Shown here: positions 1 to 8,354 of the stretch, in pieces
Layout of the letters: the number at the start of each line of letters is the position of its first letter
Position numbering within the stretch: the first letter of the stretch is position 1
Assembly: GCA_965247115.1 (NCBI GenBank)
Contig: CBDFGR010000002.1
Coordinates: 1,792,001 to 1,856,000 of the forward strand
Origin: Myxococcota bacterium
GTDB lineage: Bacteria > Myxococcota_A > UBA9160 > SZUA-336
Reading direction: 5' to 3'
Length of the DNA stretch: 64,000 nucleotides
Position numbers and translations under genes: made by a program
The notes under the pieces: generated by a model
Seen by the model: only the letters and a program-made list of their open reading frames with translations
Told to the model about the DNA's origin: nothing
The model's database searches: none

Positions 1-568
1 CGAGGACGAGAGCGGAGCGCTCGGCAACCGCGTGTCGGCGATGTTCCCCATGTTCCAGGCGAAGCCGATGGGCGTCGTCGATCGTCTCGTGAGCGTGAGG
101 GAGGAGACCGAGCGCATCAAGGCGAATCGGGAGCCGCAGGCGCTGGAGCTGATGATGGAGTCCGCGCCGACGATCGCTCCCGCAGCGATGGCGCAGACGC
201 TCTGGGTCGGGAGCGCCCTGGATCCGACGGCATTAGCGGCGCGGATGCCTCTCCCGGTTCCCCCCAGGACGGGCGTGAGCCTGCCCCATTTCGGTTACAA
301 CTTTGTCTGCACGAACGTTCCCTTCATGCAGGTCCCGCAGTACATCCAGGGACACAAGCTGCTCGATCTCGCTGCGGAGCTCATGCTGAGCGGGATGGTC
401 GGCTACGGCGTAGCGGTCTGCAGCTACAACAAGGAGCTGGCGTTTTGCTTGACGAGTGACCCGCGCCTGCTGCCTGACGTGGATCGAATGCGCTCGTATC
501 TCGACGAGGCCTTCGGGGAGCTCTTGGAGGAGGCGCGCCGTCACAGCGCCAGGGAGGCGGCGGCCTGA
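1..568 (+). CDS. Wax ester synthase/diacylglycerol acyltransferase (WS/DGAT), C-terminal part; 5' end outside window
   Basis: Frame open from the window edge (..ALGNRVSAMFP..); NFVCTNVP..VPQY, GVAVCSYNKELAFCLTSD..LPD are typical of the WS/DGAT C-domain. Confidence 0.85.
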   Translation, partial: EDESGALGNRVSAMFPMFQAKPMGVVDRLVSVREETERIKANREPQALELMMESAPTIAPAAMAQTLWVGSALDPTALAARMPLPVPPRTGVSLPHFGYNFVCTNVPFMQVPQYIQGHKLLDLAAELMLSGMVGYGVAVCSYNKELAFCLTSDPRLLPDVDRMRSYLDEAFGELLEEARRHSAREAAA

Positions 569-586
569 GTGCGCCAGCGATCCTGC

Positions 587-1177
587 CTACAGGCGCAGCG
601 GCTCCTCGATCGTCTCGGTGAGGCCTTCCATGTCGTACGACATGATGACGAGGTCGCGAGGGCTCCCTTCCCGATCCTCGGCGTAGTCGGCCAGCAGCGC
701 CTCGGCTACGAAGCCCAGCCGCCGGAACGCAGCCTGCGCCCCCTGCTGATCGGAGGTCATCTGAGCCGTGAGCTTCTTCAGTCCTCTGGCCCGCGCCAGA
801 TCGAAGATCTGCGAGGTGAGGTTGCGTCCCAGGCCGAGGCTTCGGACCGCAGGACCCACGTTCACACGGATCTCGCCGACGCGACGCGTCCACGGGGCGG
901 GGTTGCGGTGGACGGTTGCGTAGCCCACGAGGGCGTCGTCGTCGAAGGCCACCAACGAGGTGGAATCACCCGTCTCGAGGTTCCGGACCCAATCGTCGAC
1001 CACCCCCGGGTCCGTGATATCGACGCGCAGAAAGAGCAGGTCCTCCTGGGGCAAGGCGTTCGCGAACGCGAGCACCGCATCTCGATCCTGCGGCGTCATC
1101 AGACGGATCTCGATGTTCGACCCGTTCGAGAGCGCGACTTTGCGTGGATAGCGATCCGTGAGCTCGGCAAGCGACAT
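587..1177 (-). CDS. GNAT family N-acetyltransferase
   Basis: Acetyl-CoA-binding motif VGPAVRSLGLG, AQAAFRRLGF; paralog of 2783-3376. Confidence 0.85.
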   Translation of the reverse strand: MSLAELTDRYPRKVALSNGSNIEIRLMTPQDRDAVLAFANALPQEDLLFLRVDITDPGVVDDWVRNLETGDSTSLVAFDDDALVGYATVHRNPAPWTRRVGEIRVNVGPAVRSLGLGRNLTSQIFDLARARGLKKLTAQMTSDQQGAQAAFRRLGFVAEALLADYAEDREGSPRDLVIMSYDMEGLTETIEEPLRL

Positions 1178-1278
1178 GCGGATGTTTCTCCCCTATGCCA
1201 CCACCTCTACCACATGGCCTTCACAGCAGCGAGCGCTGCCAGTAGAGTGGAACGCGGGGGGTTGGCGGGAGTGGAGTG

Positions 1279-1707
1279 ATGGCGGACAGCCGGCGGGAAG
1301 CGTTCGACCCCCTCAAGACCCTGCGCGGCCTGCTCGATCGCGGGGAGCGCCGGGTAAACGAGATCCTCTCGGAGTTCAGTGCCCGAGATGACGTGAACAC
1401 GCTCCGGTCGCGGCTCTCGGAGGCGGCCCTCGACGCGCAGAAGCGCTCGTGGGAGGTCTGGGCCCGCCACTTTCAGAGCATCAACCTGCCCACCCGCACC
1501 GACATAATTCAGCTGGGGAAGCGCCTCTCCGAGCTGGAGGAGGGCATCGTGCGGATCGAGGCGCAGCTGCAGCGGCTGAATCGGCGCCTCGCGAGTTCGG
1601 GCGAGAACCCCGCGGCTGATGCTCCGACGCAAGCCCGGCCTCGCGGCCCACGGCGTACGCGCCGTCCGCCGAGCGAAGCCACCAAAGCGACCGAGGAGAG
1701 GCAATGA
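1279..1707 (+). CDS. PhaE/PhaR-like PHA synthase accessory subunit
   Basis: INLPTRTDI..LGKRLSELE coiled-coil tail; ATGA overlap with phaC; SD GGAG upstream. Confidence 0.65.
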   Translation: MADSRREAFDPLKTLRGLLDRGERRVNEILSEFSARDDVNTLRSRLSEAALDAQKRSWEVWARHFQSINLPTRTDIIQLGKRLSELEEGIVRIEAQLQRLNRRLASSGENPAADAPTQARPRGPRRTRRPPSEATKATEERQ

Positions 1708-2786
1708 CGACCGCACCAGAGCTCGATCGCAAGTCCATCGGAGACCGCGTGCGCGAGGAGGTGGAGCGCTCCTTGCAGCGTGGAGTAAAGGGCCTCCAGT
1801 ACCTCAGCGCCGATGCGCCGGACGTCGGCATGACGCCTAAGGACGAGATCTACAGCCGCGGAACGCTTCGACTGTTTCACTACACACCTCAGGTCGACGA
1901 GGTGTACCGCGTCCCAATCCTGCTCGTCATGTCGCTCGTCAGCCGCTCGTACATCTTTGATCTCACTCCGGGCCAGAGCCTGGTCGAGTTCCTACTGAAC
2001 CAGGGCTACGACGTCTACATGATCGACTGGGGCGAGCCCCGCCCGGAGGACTCGCGGCTGCGGATGGAGAACTACGTGCTCGACTTCATTCCCGACTGCA
2101 TCGACCGCGCGCTCGAGGACTCTGGCGAGCCCGATATCTCGCTTACGGGCTATTGCATGGGCGGCTCGCTCGCCCTGATGTACGCGGCGCTCCACACGGA
2201 CGGGCCAGTGAAGAACCTCGTGTGCTTCACGACCCCGTACAACTACGACGGCATGGGCCTCTTCAAGGAGTTTTCCGACCCGAAGCACTTCGACGTCGAT
2301 CGCATCGTCGACACGCTGGGCAACGTTCCAGCGGAGATGATGGTGCGGTCGTTCGAGATGCTGCGGCCCGTCTCGCGCGTCGCCGCGCGCATCCGGCTCT
2401 GGGACAATATGTGGAACGACGAGTTCGTTCGCTCGTACCGCGTTTTGGATCGCTGGGGAAACGAGCAGATTCCCTTCCCGGGGGAGTGCTTCCGGCAGAG
2501 CACCAAGGAGCTGCAGTGGGCCAACAAGCTCTACAAGGGCGAGTTCCGGCTCGGAGGAAAGCTCGTCGACGTCTCGAGGATTCAGGTGCCGTTCCTGAAC
2601 GTGATGGCCGAGCACGACCACATCGTTCCCTATGAGGCAGCCAGGGAGCTGGTGGACGCAGTGGGCAGCGAAGACAAACAGGCGATCGTGCTCAAGGGCG
2701 GTCACGTCAGCCTGATCTCCGGCCCGAATGCCGTGCGCCGTATGTGGCCCGCTCTGGACGCCTGGCTGTCGGTGCGCTCGCTGTGA
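1704..2786 (+). CDS. phaC: Class III/IV polyhydroxyalkanoate synthase
   Basis: 360 aa; lipase box GYCMGG, catalytic Asp in AEHDHIVP, His in GGHVSL, YMIDWG. Confidence 0.85.
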   Translation: MTTAPELDRKSIGDRVREEVERSLQRGVKGLQYLSADAPDVGMTPKDEIYSRGTLRLFHYTPQVDEVYRVPILLVMSLVSRSYIFDLTPGQSLVEFLLNQGYDVYMIDWGEPRPEDSRLRMENYVLDFIPDCIDRALEDSGEPDISLTGYCMGGSLALMYAALHTDGPVKNLVCFTTPYNYDGMGLFKEFSDPKHFDVDRIVDTLGNVPAEMMVRSFEMLRPVSRVAARIRLWDNMWNDEFVRSYRVLDRWGNEQIPFPGECFRQSTKELQWANKLYKGEFRLGGKLVDVSRIQVPFLNVMAEHDHIVPYEAARELVDAVGSEDKQAIVLKGGHVSLISGPNAVRRMWPALDAWLSVRSL

Positions 2787-3376
2787 AGATCGACCGCGAG
2801 TACCCCCGCGAGGTGCAGGTCAACGGCGAAACGGTGCGCATCGACCTGATGAGCTCCCACGACCGACCCAAGCTGCAGGTCCTGGCCCAGGGCGTTCCGG
2901 AGCACGATCTGCTCTTCATGCACCGCGACATCACGAGCCCACGCGCTCTCGACGCATGGATCGACGATCTCGAGCGCGGCGACCTGGCAACCGTGCTCGC
3001 CGAGGAGAATGGCGCGGTGCTGGGCTACGCCACGATCGAGCCGGAGCGCGATCCCTGGTCGCGCCACGTCGCCGAGCTGCGAGTGCTGGTGGCGCCCTCG
3101 GCGCGCGGTCGCGGGGTCGGGCGACTGCTCACCCAGGAGGCCTTCGCGGTGGCGCTGTCGGCAGGGATCGAGAAGATCACCGCGCGCATGACCCCGGACC
3201 AGGATGCGGCCATACGGATCTTCCAGGGACTCGGCTTCAAGCCCGAGGGTCTGTTCCAGGAGCACGTGAAGGACCGGGATGGCAAGCGCTACGATCTGGT
3301 CGTGCTCTCACACGACGTCGCCGGCTTCCATGCCATGCTCGAGGCGTACGGCGTAGCCGAATCTCTCGGCGAGTAG
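2783..3376 (+). CDS. GNAT family N-acetyltransferase
   Basis: GTG start overlaps the phaC stop (GTGA); motif VAPSARGRGVG, FQGLGF. Confidence 0.85.
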   Translation: MKIDREYPREVQVNGETVRIDLMSSHDRPKLQVLAQGVPEHDLLFMHRDITSPRALDAWIDDLERGDLATVLAEENGAVLGYATIEPERDPWSRHVAELRVLVAPSARGRGVGRLLTQEAFAVALSAGIEKITARMTPDQDAAIRIFQGLGFKPEGLFQEHVKDRDGKRYDLVVLSHDVAGFHAMLEAYGVAESLGE

Positions 3377-3377
3377 G

Positions 3378-4232
3378 GTGGAGCCCCGGGCCCTCGCCAT
3401 TGATCTCGACGGCACCCTGCTCGGTCCCGATGACGAGGTGAGCGAACGCAACCGGGCGGCCATCGGGGCAGCCCGTGCTGCAGGACTGTCCGTCATCATC
3501 GCAACTGCGCGCTGGTACCAGAACGCGGAGCGCGTCGGTGCGACACTCGGCCTGACCGGCCCGGTCATTGCCTGCTCCGGCGCCGAGGTACGGCGCTTCC
3601 CAGAAGGTGCGGACCTGATGGACGTGCGGCTGCCACAGCACTTTGCCGAGCAGCTCTTTGACGTCTGCGACGCGAATCGGTGTATCGTATACGCTGCTCA
3701 GGACGACGACGTGCTGATGAAGATCGAGGGAGAGGTCGACCCGTCGCTGCTCCTGCCAGAGATTCGCCGCGTGCCGAGCCTGCGGCGTGCCGCCCAAGGG
3801 GATCCGCGGATCGTGATGATTCAAGGCCGTCGGATCCGCCAGCTCGTGCACGAGACCCTGGCAAGGGAGTGGAAAGATCGGGTCCGCTTCGTCACCTCGA
3901 TCACGACCCAGGGCCACGAGCTTCTCACTCTCACGGCTACCGGCGCCGACAAGGGGCTCGCCCTGGCGGCCGCGTGCGAGGATCTCGGCATCGCGGCCGA
4001 GCAGGTGGTGGCCCTCGGGGACGCCGAGAATGACGTCGAGCTCTTCAGGGCTGCCGGCGCCTCCTTCGCGATGGGACAGGCGAGCGACGCCGTCAAGGCC
4101 GCCGCCACCGCCGTGACGGGGACCAACGAGGAAGACGGCGTCGCCATGGCTATCGAGCGCGTGTTGGAGGAGGGCGGGGCGGCGTTCGACGAGTTCTCGG
4201 TCGCGTTGGAAAGCTGCCCCCGGGGGCAGTAG
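3378..4232 (+). CDS. Cof-type HAD-IIB hydrolase
   Basis: DLDGTLL, IATAR, ADKG, GDAENDVELF motifs. Confidence 0.9.
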   Translation: MEPRALAIDLDGTLLGPDDEVSERNRAAIGAARAAGLSVIIATARWYQNAERVGATLGLTGPVIACSGAEVRRFPEGADLMDVRLPQHFAEQLFDVCDANRCIVYAAQDDDVLMKIEGEVDPSLLLPEIRRVPSLRRAAQGDPRIVMIQGRRIRQLVHETLAREWKDRVRFVTSITTQGHELLTLTATGADKGLALAAACEDLGIAAEQVVALGDAENDVELFRAAGASFAMGQASDAVKAAATAVTGTNEEDGVAMAIERVLEEGGAAFDEFSVALESCPRGQ

Positions 4233-4248
4233 TCAGTCCCCTGAGCCG

Positions 4249-5221
4249 TCAGGCGGCGTGTCGCTCCGGACGCGGCAATCCGTGGCGCTGCGCACGACAC
4301 TCGAGGCGGAGGTCCTCCATGGTGTGGTGAAGCATGCGGGTCGCATCCGCGACCTCGGTGTCCGGCCCGAAGCGGATGGGCTCACCGATCAGAACGTGGA
4401 CGGGACCAGATCGCCAGTCCGACGAGCCCTTTGGCAGCAGGCTGCGCAGCCCGTCCATGTAGATCGGCACGACGGGGACTTGCTTCTTGAGAGCCAGGAT
4501 CGAAGGCCCGTGGCGGAACTTCCCGATCTTTCCCGTGGTGGTTCGCGTGCCCTCCGGAAAGATCCCGATCGAGCCGCCCCGATCGATCAGCCACTCGGCG
4601 TAGTGGAGGGTGCGCGAACCGCCACCGCGCTGGATCGGAAACGAGGCGTACACGAGTGAGCGCCACCAGCCCTGCTTGTAGATTTCCTTGCGGCCCTTGA
4701 TGAACCAGCGATCCGCCGCTGATCCGAAGTAGGTGTGGTCGCGGTAGCGTGACGGAATGGCGGCGATCAGCGCCGCAATGTCGAGGTGGCTCGCATGATT
4801 CGCGATGAAGATCACCGGACTGCTGAGATCCCTCAACCGCTCGCTACCGTCGATGACGAGAGGATCGAAGTAGCGGCGCGCGTACCGTGTGTGTACCCAG
4901 TGGCGCGCCAGCCTTCGAGTCATGCGCGCGGGCCAGCGGATCTGCCAGCGGTGGGGTCCGGTCGTCTCGGTCGTCTGGCCGACGAGGCGGATGAAGAGGT
5001 CGACGTCCATGGCGGGGAGCACGACGCGCTCGACACCGCGCATGCTCAGATGCGCCGCTCCCAGCGAATGCGCGGCGGCGTTGTTCGGAAGATCGACCAC
5101 CGAACAGAAGTCGTATTCACCAAGAAGCGAGTACTGCTCGATCAGCGTCCCCTCCACGCCTGCCACCTCTGCCGCGACGGCCGAGTCGCCACGAAAGCGT
5201 TCCTTCAGAGACCGGTTGCCC
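4249..5221 (-). pseudogene. GYD-domain + 1-acylglycerol-3-phosphate acyltransferase (PlsC-like) fusion, 3' part; 5' end displaced to 22675-22712
   Basis: NHASHLD and IFPEGTRT acyltransferase motifs; QYSLLGEYDF GYD-like domain that starts abruptly at the IS inverted repeat. Confidence 0.85.
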
Positions 5222-5237
5222 GGTAGTGGGTCAGTTT
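5222..5237 (+). repeat. Terminal inverted repeat downstream of the transposase (contains its TGA stop)
   Basis: GGTAGTGGGTCAGTTT, reverse complement of 8100-8115 and 8124-8139. Confidence 0.9.
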
Positions 5238-6064
5238 GAGCCGAGGAGCCCGACGATCTCCTCCAACTCCCAGACATGATCCGAGACGCCAGCTTCCATC
5301 GCTGGAGTGACCCGAAGGGTCTGATGAATCCTAGCAAAATTGTAGTGCATGAAGTGTAGCGCTATAGCGTGCTCCAGGTTCTCGACCTTCTTTGAGAAGG
5401 CGTTTGTGAGTCGCGTGAAGCGGCGCATGGACATGCGCATCGTGAGGTTCTGGCGTTCGACGTAGGATGTAGAGACGTGGCGCCTATCGGGGCTTCCGAG
5501 CTTTGTCTCCGGGCGGCATCCGGTGCACTTGGCTGGGCTATAGCGCGTCTCGCTCGCGGGATCGGGACCGTAGAGCTTCACAAGCATCGCGTAGTCGATC
5601 CCATCAGAGCCGAATGCGTCCTCGACGGCGTGAGGATAGGCTCCGTAGCCATCGGTCGTCAGCTGGATCCGACCCTCCATCCGGCTGGCGAGATCGAACA
5701 TGAAAGACCGAGCCATGCCCGAGTCGCGCGGTCCGATCATGAAGGACGGGACCAGCTTGGTATCGGCGCAGATGGCGGTCCACGTCCAAACGTCGCCGTA
5801 GCCAAACTGGCCTGTCTTCTCTTCCGGGACGTTCTTGGCCTTGGAGTAGCAAAACGCCCAGATCTCATCGCACTGGACGCGCCGGCACGGAAGATTCCGG
5901 AGGGCTTGGTCTTGGTAATCCCAGCAAGCGTATCCGAGGTCGGCCAAGAGCTTGAGTACGGTGCCTTTGGCCGCGCCCGTCATCCGGGAGGCGGCTCGAA
6001 CCGAGTTGCCCTCGACGAGGCACGCGACAATCTGGGCGCGGCGGACGATTGAGAGTCTGTTCAC
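5231..6064 (-). CDS. IS1-family DDE transposase (single ORF)
   Basis: N-terminal HTH (LVEGNSVRAASRMTG); DDE residues in QCDEIW, LTTDG, STSYVERQN; RRFTRLTNAFSKK; GTG start at 6064. Confidence 0.9.
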   Translation of the reverse strand: MNRLSIVRRAQIVACLVEGNSVRAASRMTGAAKGTVLKLLADLGYACWDYQDQALRNLPCRRVQCDEIWAFCYSKAKNVPEEKTGQFGYGDVWTWTAICADTKLVPSFMIGPRDSGMARSFMFDLASRMEGRIQLTTDGYGAYPHAVEDAFGSDGIDYAMLVKLYGPDPASETRYSPAKCTGCRPETKLGSPDRRHVSTSYVERQNLTMRMSMRRFTRLTNAFSKKVENLEHAIALHFMHYNFARIHQTLRVTPAMEAGVSDHVWELEEIVGLLGSN

Positions 6065-6070
6065 ACCCCG

Positions 6071-6100
6071 AAAGTAGTCCAGAATCTCATCATCAGTCAA
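6071..6100 (-). promoter_or_regulatory. Putative sigma70 promoter of the transposase (leaderless)
   Basis: TTGACT-18 bp-TACTTT, 6 nt before the GTG start. Confidence 0.55.
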
Positions 6101-6105
6101 GCATT

Positions 6106-6118
6106 TGGGTCAGTTTCG
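6106..6118 (+). repeat. Internal partial copy of the IS terminal repeat
   Basis: TGGGTCAGTTTCG = reverse complement of 8098-8110; lacks the terminal GGTAG. Confidence 0.7.
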
Positions 6119-6173
6119 TATATTCAGAATTTCAGCGTTGATGTCAGTGCGGGGCTGTGGCACCCTTCGGTTC

Positions 6174-7328
6174 ATGTCAGACGCCGCCGCCGATCCCTAC
6201 AAGATGCCCGGTCAACTCATTCGGCAGCTACTTGACGATCGCGGATGGACCCAGCGAACCCTAGCGCTCGTGCTGGGGGTTAGCGACTCGACCGTCAACG
6301 CGACACTGGCTGGTAACCGAGAACTCGACGCCAAGATGGCACTCGACCTAGAACGCATCTTTGGAATCGAGGCGGCGCGGTTTCTAGCCATCCAGAAGGA
6401 CTACGAGCTTGCGCGTGCGTCCATGATCTCGGGACCTGATCCTGGCTTGGCGCGTCGCGCTGCGCTCTTCTCTGCCTTGCCGATCGCCGCAATGATGAAG
6501 CGCGGCTGGATCGGATCCGAAGACGGCCGCGATGTTGAAGCAATCGAACGTAGTGTTATGCGCTTTTTCGGGACGGTGAGCCCTGAGGACATTCCGATAT
6601 TCCCTCATGCGACGAAAAAGCAAGACACGAATGCTCCGACCACGCCAGTTCAGATGGCGTGGCTACATCGAGTTCACAAGATGGCGTCGCAGATGATCCT
6701 CCAGAAGACTTACACGCGAAAGCGTGCAGAGAAGGCGGTCGATCAGCTCAGCGGTCTTCTCTCCGCTCCTGAGGAAGCGAGACACGTCCCTCGGATTATG
6801 GAAGACGCCGGGATCCGCTTTCTCGTGGTGGAGCCACTGCCAAAGGCGAACATCGACGGCGTGTGCTTCTGGCTGAACAGCCAGTCTCCTGTAATCGGCA
6901 TGTCAATGCGCTTCGATCGCATCGACAACTTCTGGTTCGTTTTGCGTCACGAAATCGAGCATGTGCTTTGTGAACACGGACGCTCTACGAAAACCCCTAT
7001 GATCGACGCGGAACTAGAGGGAGAGCGCGCTGGTACAGGAGATGATCTTCCAGAGGAAGAGCGGCAGGCCAACGATGCCGCCGCTAATTTCTGCGTTCCT
7101 AGCGATGACTTTGCGTCGTTCGTTGCTCGCAAGTCACCATCGTTCTCGGAACGATCCATCCGGGCCTTTGCCGGAAAGCGACGGCTTCACCCTGGGCTCG
7201 TCGCCGGCCAGGTGCGCCACCACTTGAGACGATGGGACATCTTCACAAACCACCTTGTCAAGATTCGCTCTCAGGTTCTGCCCGGGGTGGAAGTAGATGG
7301 CTGGGGCACGATCGCTTCAGTCGAATAG
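6174..7328 (+). CDS. HigA-like XRE HTH fused to ImmA/IrrE (M78) metallopeptidase
   Basis: PGQLIRQLLDDRGWTQRTLA..MALDLERIFG HTH; RIDNFWFVLRHEIEH with HExxH. Confidence 0.85.
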   Translation: MSDAAADPYKMPGQLIRQLLDDRGWTQRTLALVLGVSDSTVNATLAGNRELDAKMALDLERIFGIEAARFLAIQKDYELARASMISGPDPGLARRAALFSALPIAAMMKRGWIGSEDGRDVEAIERSVMRFFGTVSPEDIPIFPHATKKQDTNAPTTPVQMAWLHRVHKMASQMILQKTYTRKRAEKAVDQLSGLLSAPEEARHVPRIMEDAGIRFLVVEPLPKANIDGVCFWLNSQSPVIGMSMRFDRIDNFWFVLRHEIEHVLCEHGRSTKTPMIDAELEGERAGTGDDLPEEERQANDAAANFCVPSDDFASFVARKSPSFSERSIRAFAGKRRLHPGLVAGQVRHHLRRWDIFTNHLVKIRSQVLPGVEVDGWGTIASVE

Positions 7329-7337
7329 GAGAAGACA

Positions 7338-7826
7338 GTGAATAGAGCGCAACTCCTCCAGCGACTTCAGCGCCAATATCGTCAAGAAACCGGCCATGAC
7401 GGCCCCCTCACAACTCTTGAGGTGGCGCGATGGACCGTCAGTCGGGGTTATCTGAAGCTGCCCGAACCGAAGGAACCGATGAGTCGGCTGGCAGACGAGA
7501 TGTCGCGGGCATGGAGACAGGAGATCCGGCGGGACGAACTGACGAAACGTCCGTATCGAGTGAACCATGCCGTCTCTGAAACCAAGGACGGCAAGCAGAT
7601 GACGTTCTGGGGTGACATCGACCACGAGAGTCGCCCGTTTATGCAGAAGTCACTCGTGCGACGCCGAGAACAGATCGTCGGAGACTGTACCCAGCTTACG
7701 TTCGATGCGGACCACTTCAATTCCGTACATCGCGAGGATGATCCGATCATCATCCCGCTTGATTTCACGGAGGATGTCGAGGAACGAAAGTTCGAGTCCG
7801 AGAGTGGCGATGGAGAGGGAGACTAG
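7338..7826 (+). CDS. Hypothetical protein (162 aa), co-transcribed with the HTH-peptidase
   Basis: SD AGGAG overlapping the upstream stop, GTG start, globular-looking composition. Confidence 0.75.
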   Translation: MNRAQLLQRLQRQYRQETGHDGPLTTLEVARWTVSRGYLKLPEPKEPMSRLADEMSRAWRQEIRRDELTKRPYRVNHAVSETKDGKQMTFWGDIDHESRPFMQKSLVRRREQIVGDCTQLTFDADHFNSVHREDDPIIIPLDFTEDVEERKFESESGDGEGD

Positions 7827-8053
7827 TCGGAACGCTTTTTCCAGCGCGCCTGCGCCGCCACTCGAGCGATCTCGGATCGCTCAGCCGGCGTAAGCTTCTT
7901 GGCACGCGCTGGTCCGCCAACCTTACCAGCCTTCCTTGAACGCCGGGTCCGGGGCGATTCCTCTTCCTTTGGCTCGTCCCCGGTTGTGGCGTCCACGATC
8001 AGCTTTGCCAGCTTGTTAGGATCGCGCGGGCGCTTCTTCTTTGTGGGAGACAC
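7823..8053 (-). CDS. Small basic protein of the IS-associated 'histone H1-like' type
   Basis: KRPRDPNKLAKLIVD..GKVGGPARAKKLTPAERSEIARVAAQARW; TAGTAT box 7 nt before GTG. Confidence 0.75.
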   Translation of the reverse strand: MSPTKKKRPRDPNKLAKLIVDATTGDEPKEEESPRTRRSRKAGKVGGPARAKKLTPAERSEIARVAAQARWKKRSD

Positions 8054-8099
8054 AACCACAATACTAGCGAACCCTCGCGGGCCGATCCCTGGCACCCCG

Positions 8100-8139
8100 A
8101 AACTGACCCACTACCCTCGGCTCAAACTGACCCACTACC
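8100..8139 (+). repeat. Tandem pair of IS ends
   Basis: AAACTGACCCACTACC at 8100-8115 and 8124-8139; 8115-8140 is the exact reverse complement of 5221-5246. Confidence 0.9.
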
Positions 8140-8262
8140 GAGGGTCGCAACCGACCACGGCAGACCCGTGCCATCGAGCATCTCCAGGTACGCCTCGAGG
8201 GCCACTCGTGTGGGCGGCAACCCGAAATGAGAGCCGCCCGCGGAGTTCCCCACCAGATGAGA
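8140..8262 (-). pseudogene. Internal fragment of a beta-keto acid cleavage enzyme (BKACE/Kce family)
   Basis: FGLPPTRVALEAYLEMLDGTGLPWSVATLG, cut off by the IS end. Confidence 0.6.
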
Positions 8263-8354
8263 GGGCACCCCGTCGATCGCGCGGAGACGTCGCTCAACTG
8301 GATCAGGTCCACACGCCGTCGCGTCCCTCGAGCCCCTACACCGTGGGGGGCGCG

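Larger units (their letters stand above)
5222..8115. mobile_element. IS1-family element with passenger genes (~2.9 kb; alternative outer end at 8139)
   Basis: Perfect 16-bp terminal IRs GGTAGTGGGTCAGTTT (5222-5237) / AAACTGACCCACTACC (8100-8115) enclosing a DDE transposase; cargo visibly more AT-rich than the flanks; no target duplication seen. Confidence 0.85.

Noticed and set aside
8098..8140. CRISPR-like or iteron direct repeats
   Set aside because: Only two copies, 8 bp apart, identical to the IS terminal repeat; no cas or rep genes
5213..8150. Target-site duplication around the IS
   Set aside because: The left flank (..CGGTTGCCC) does not recur after 8115, after 8139 or at 22675
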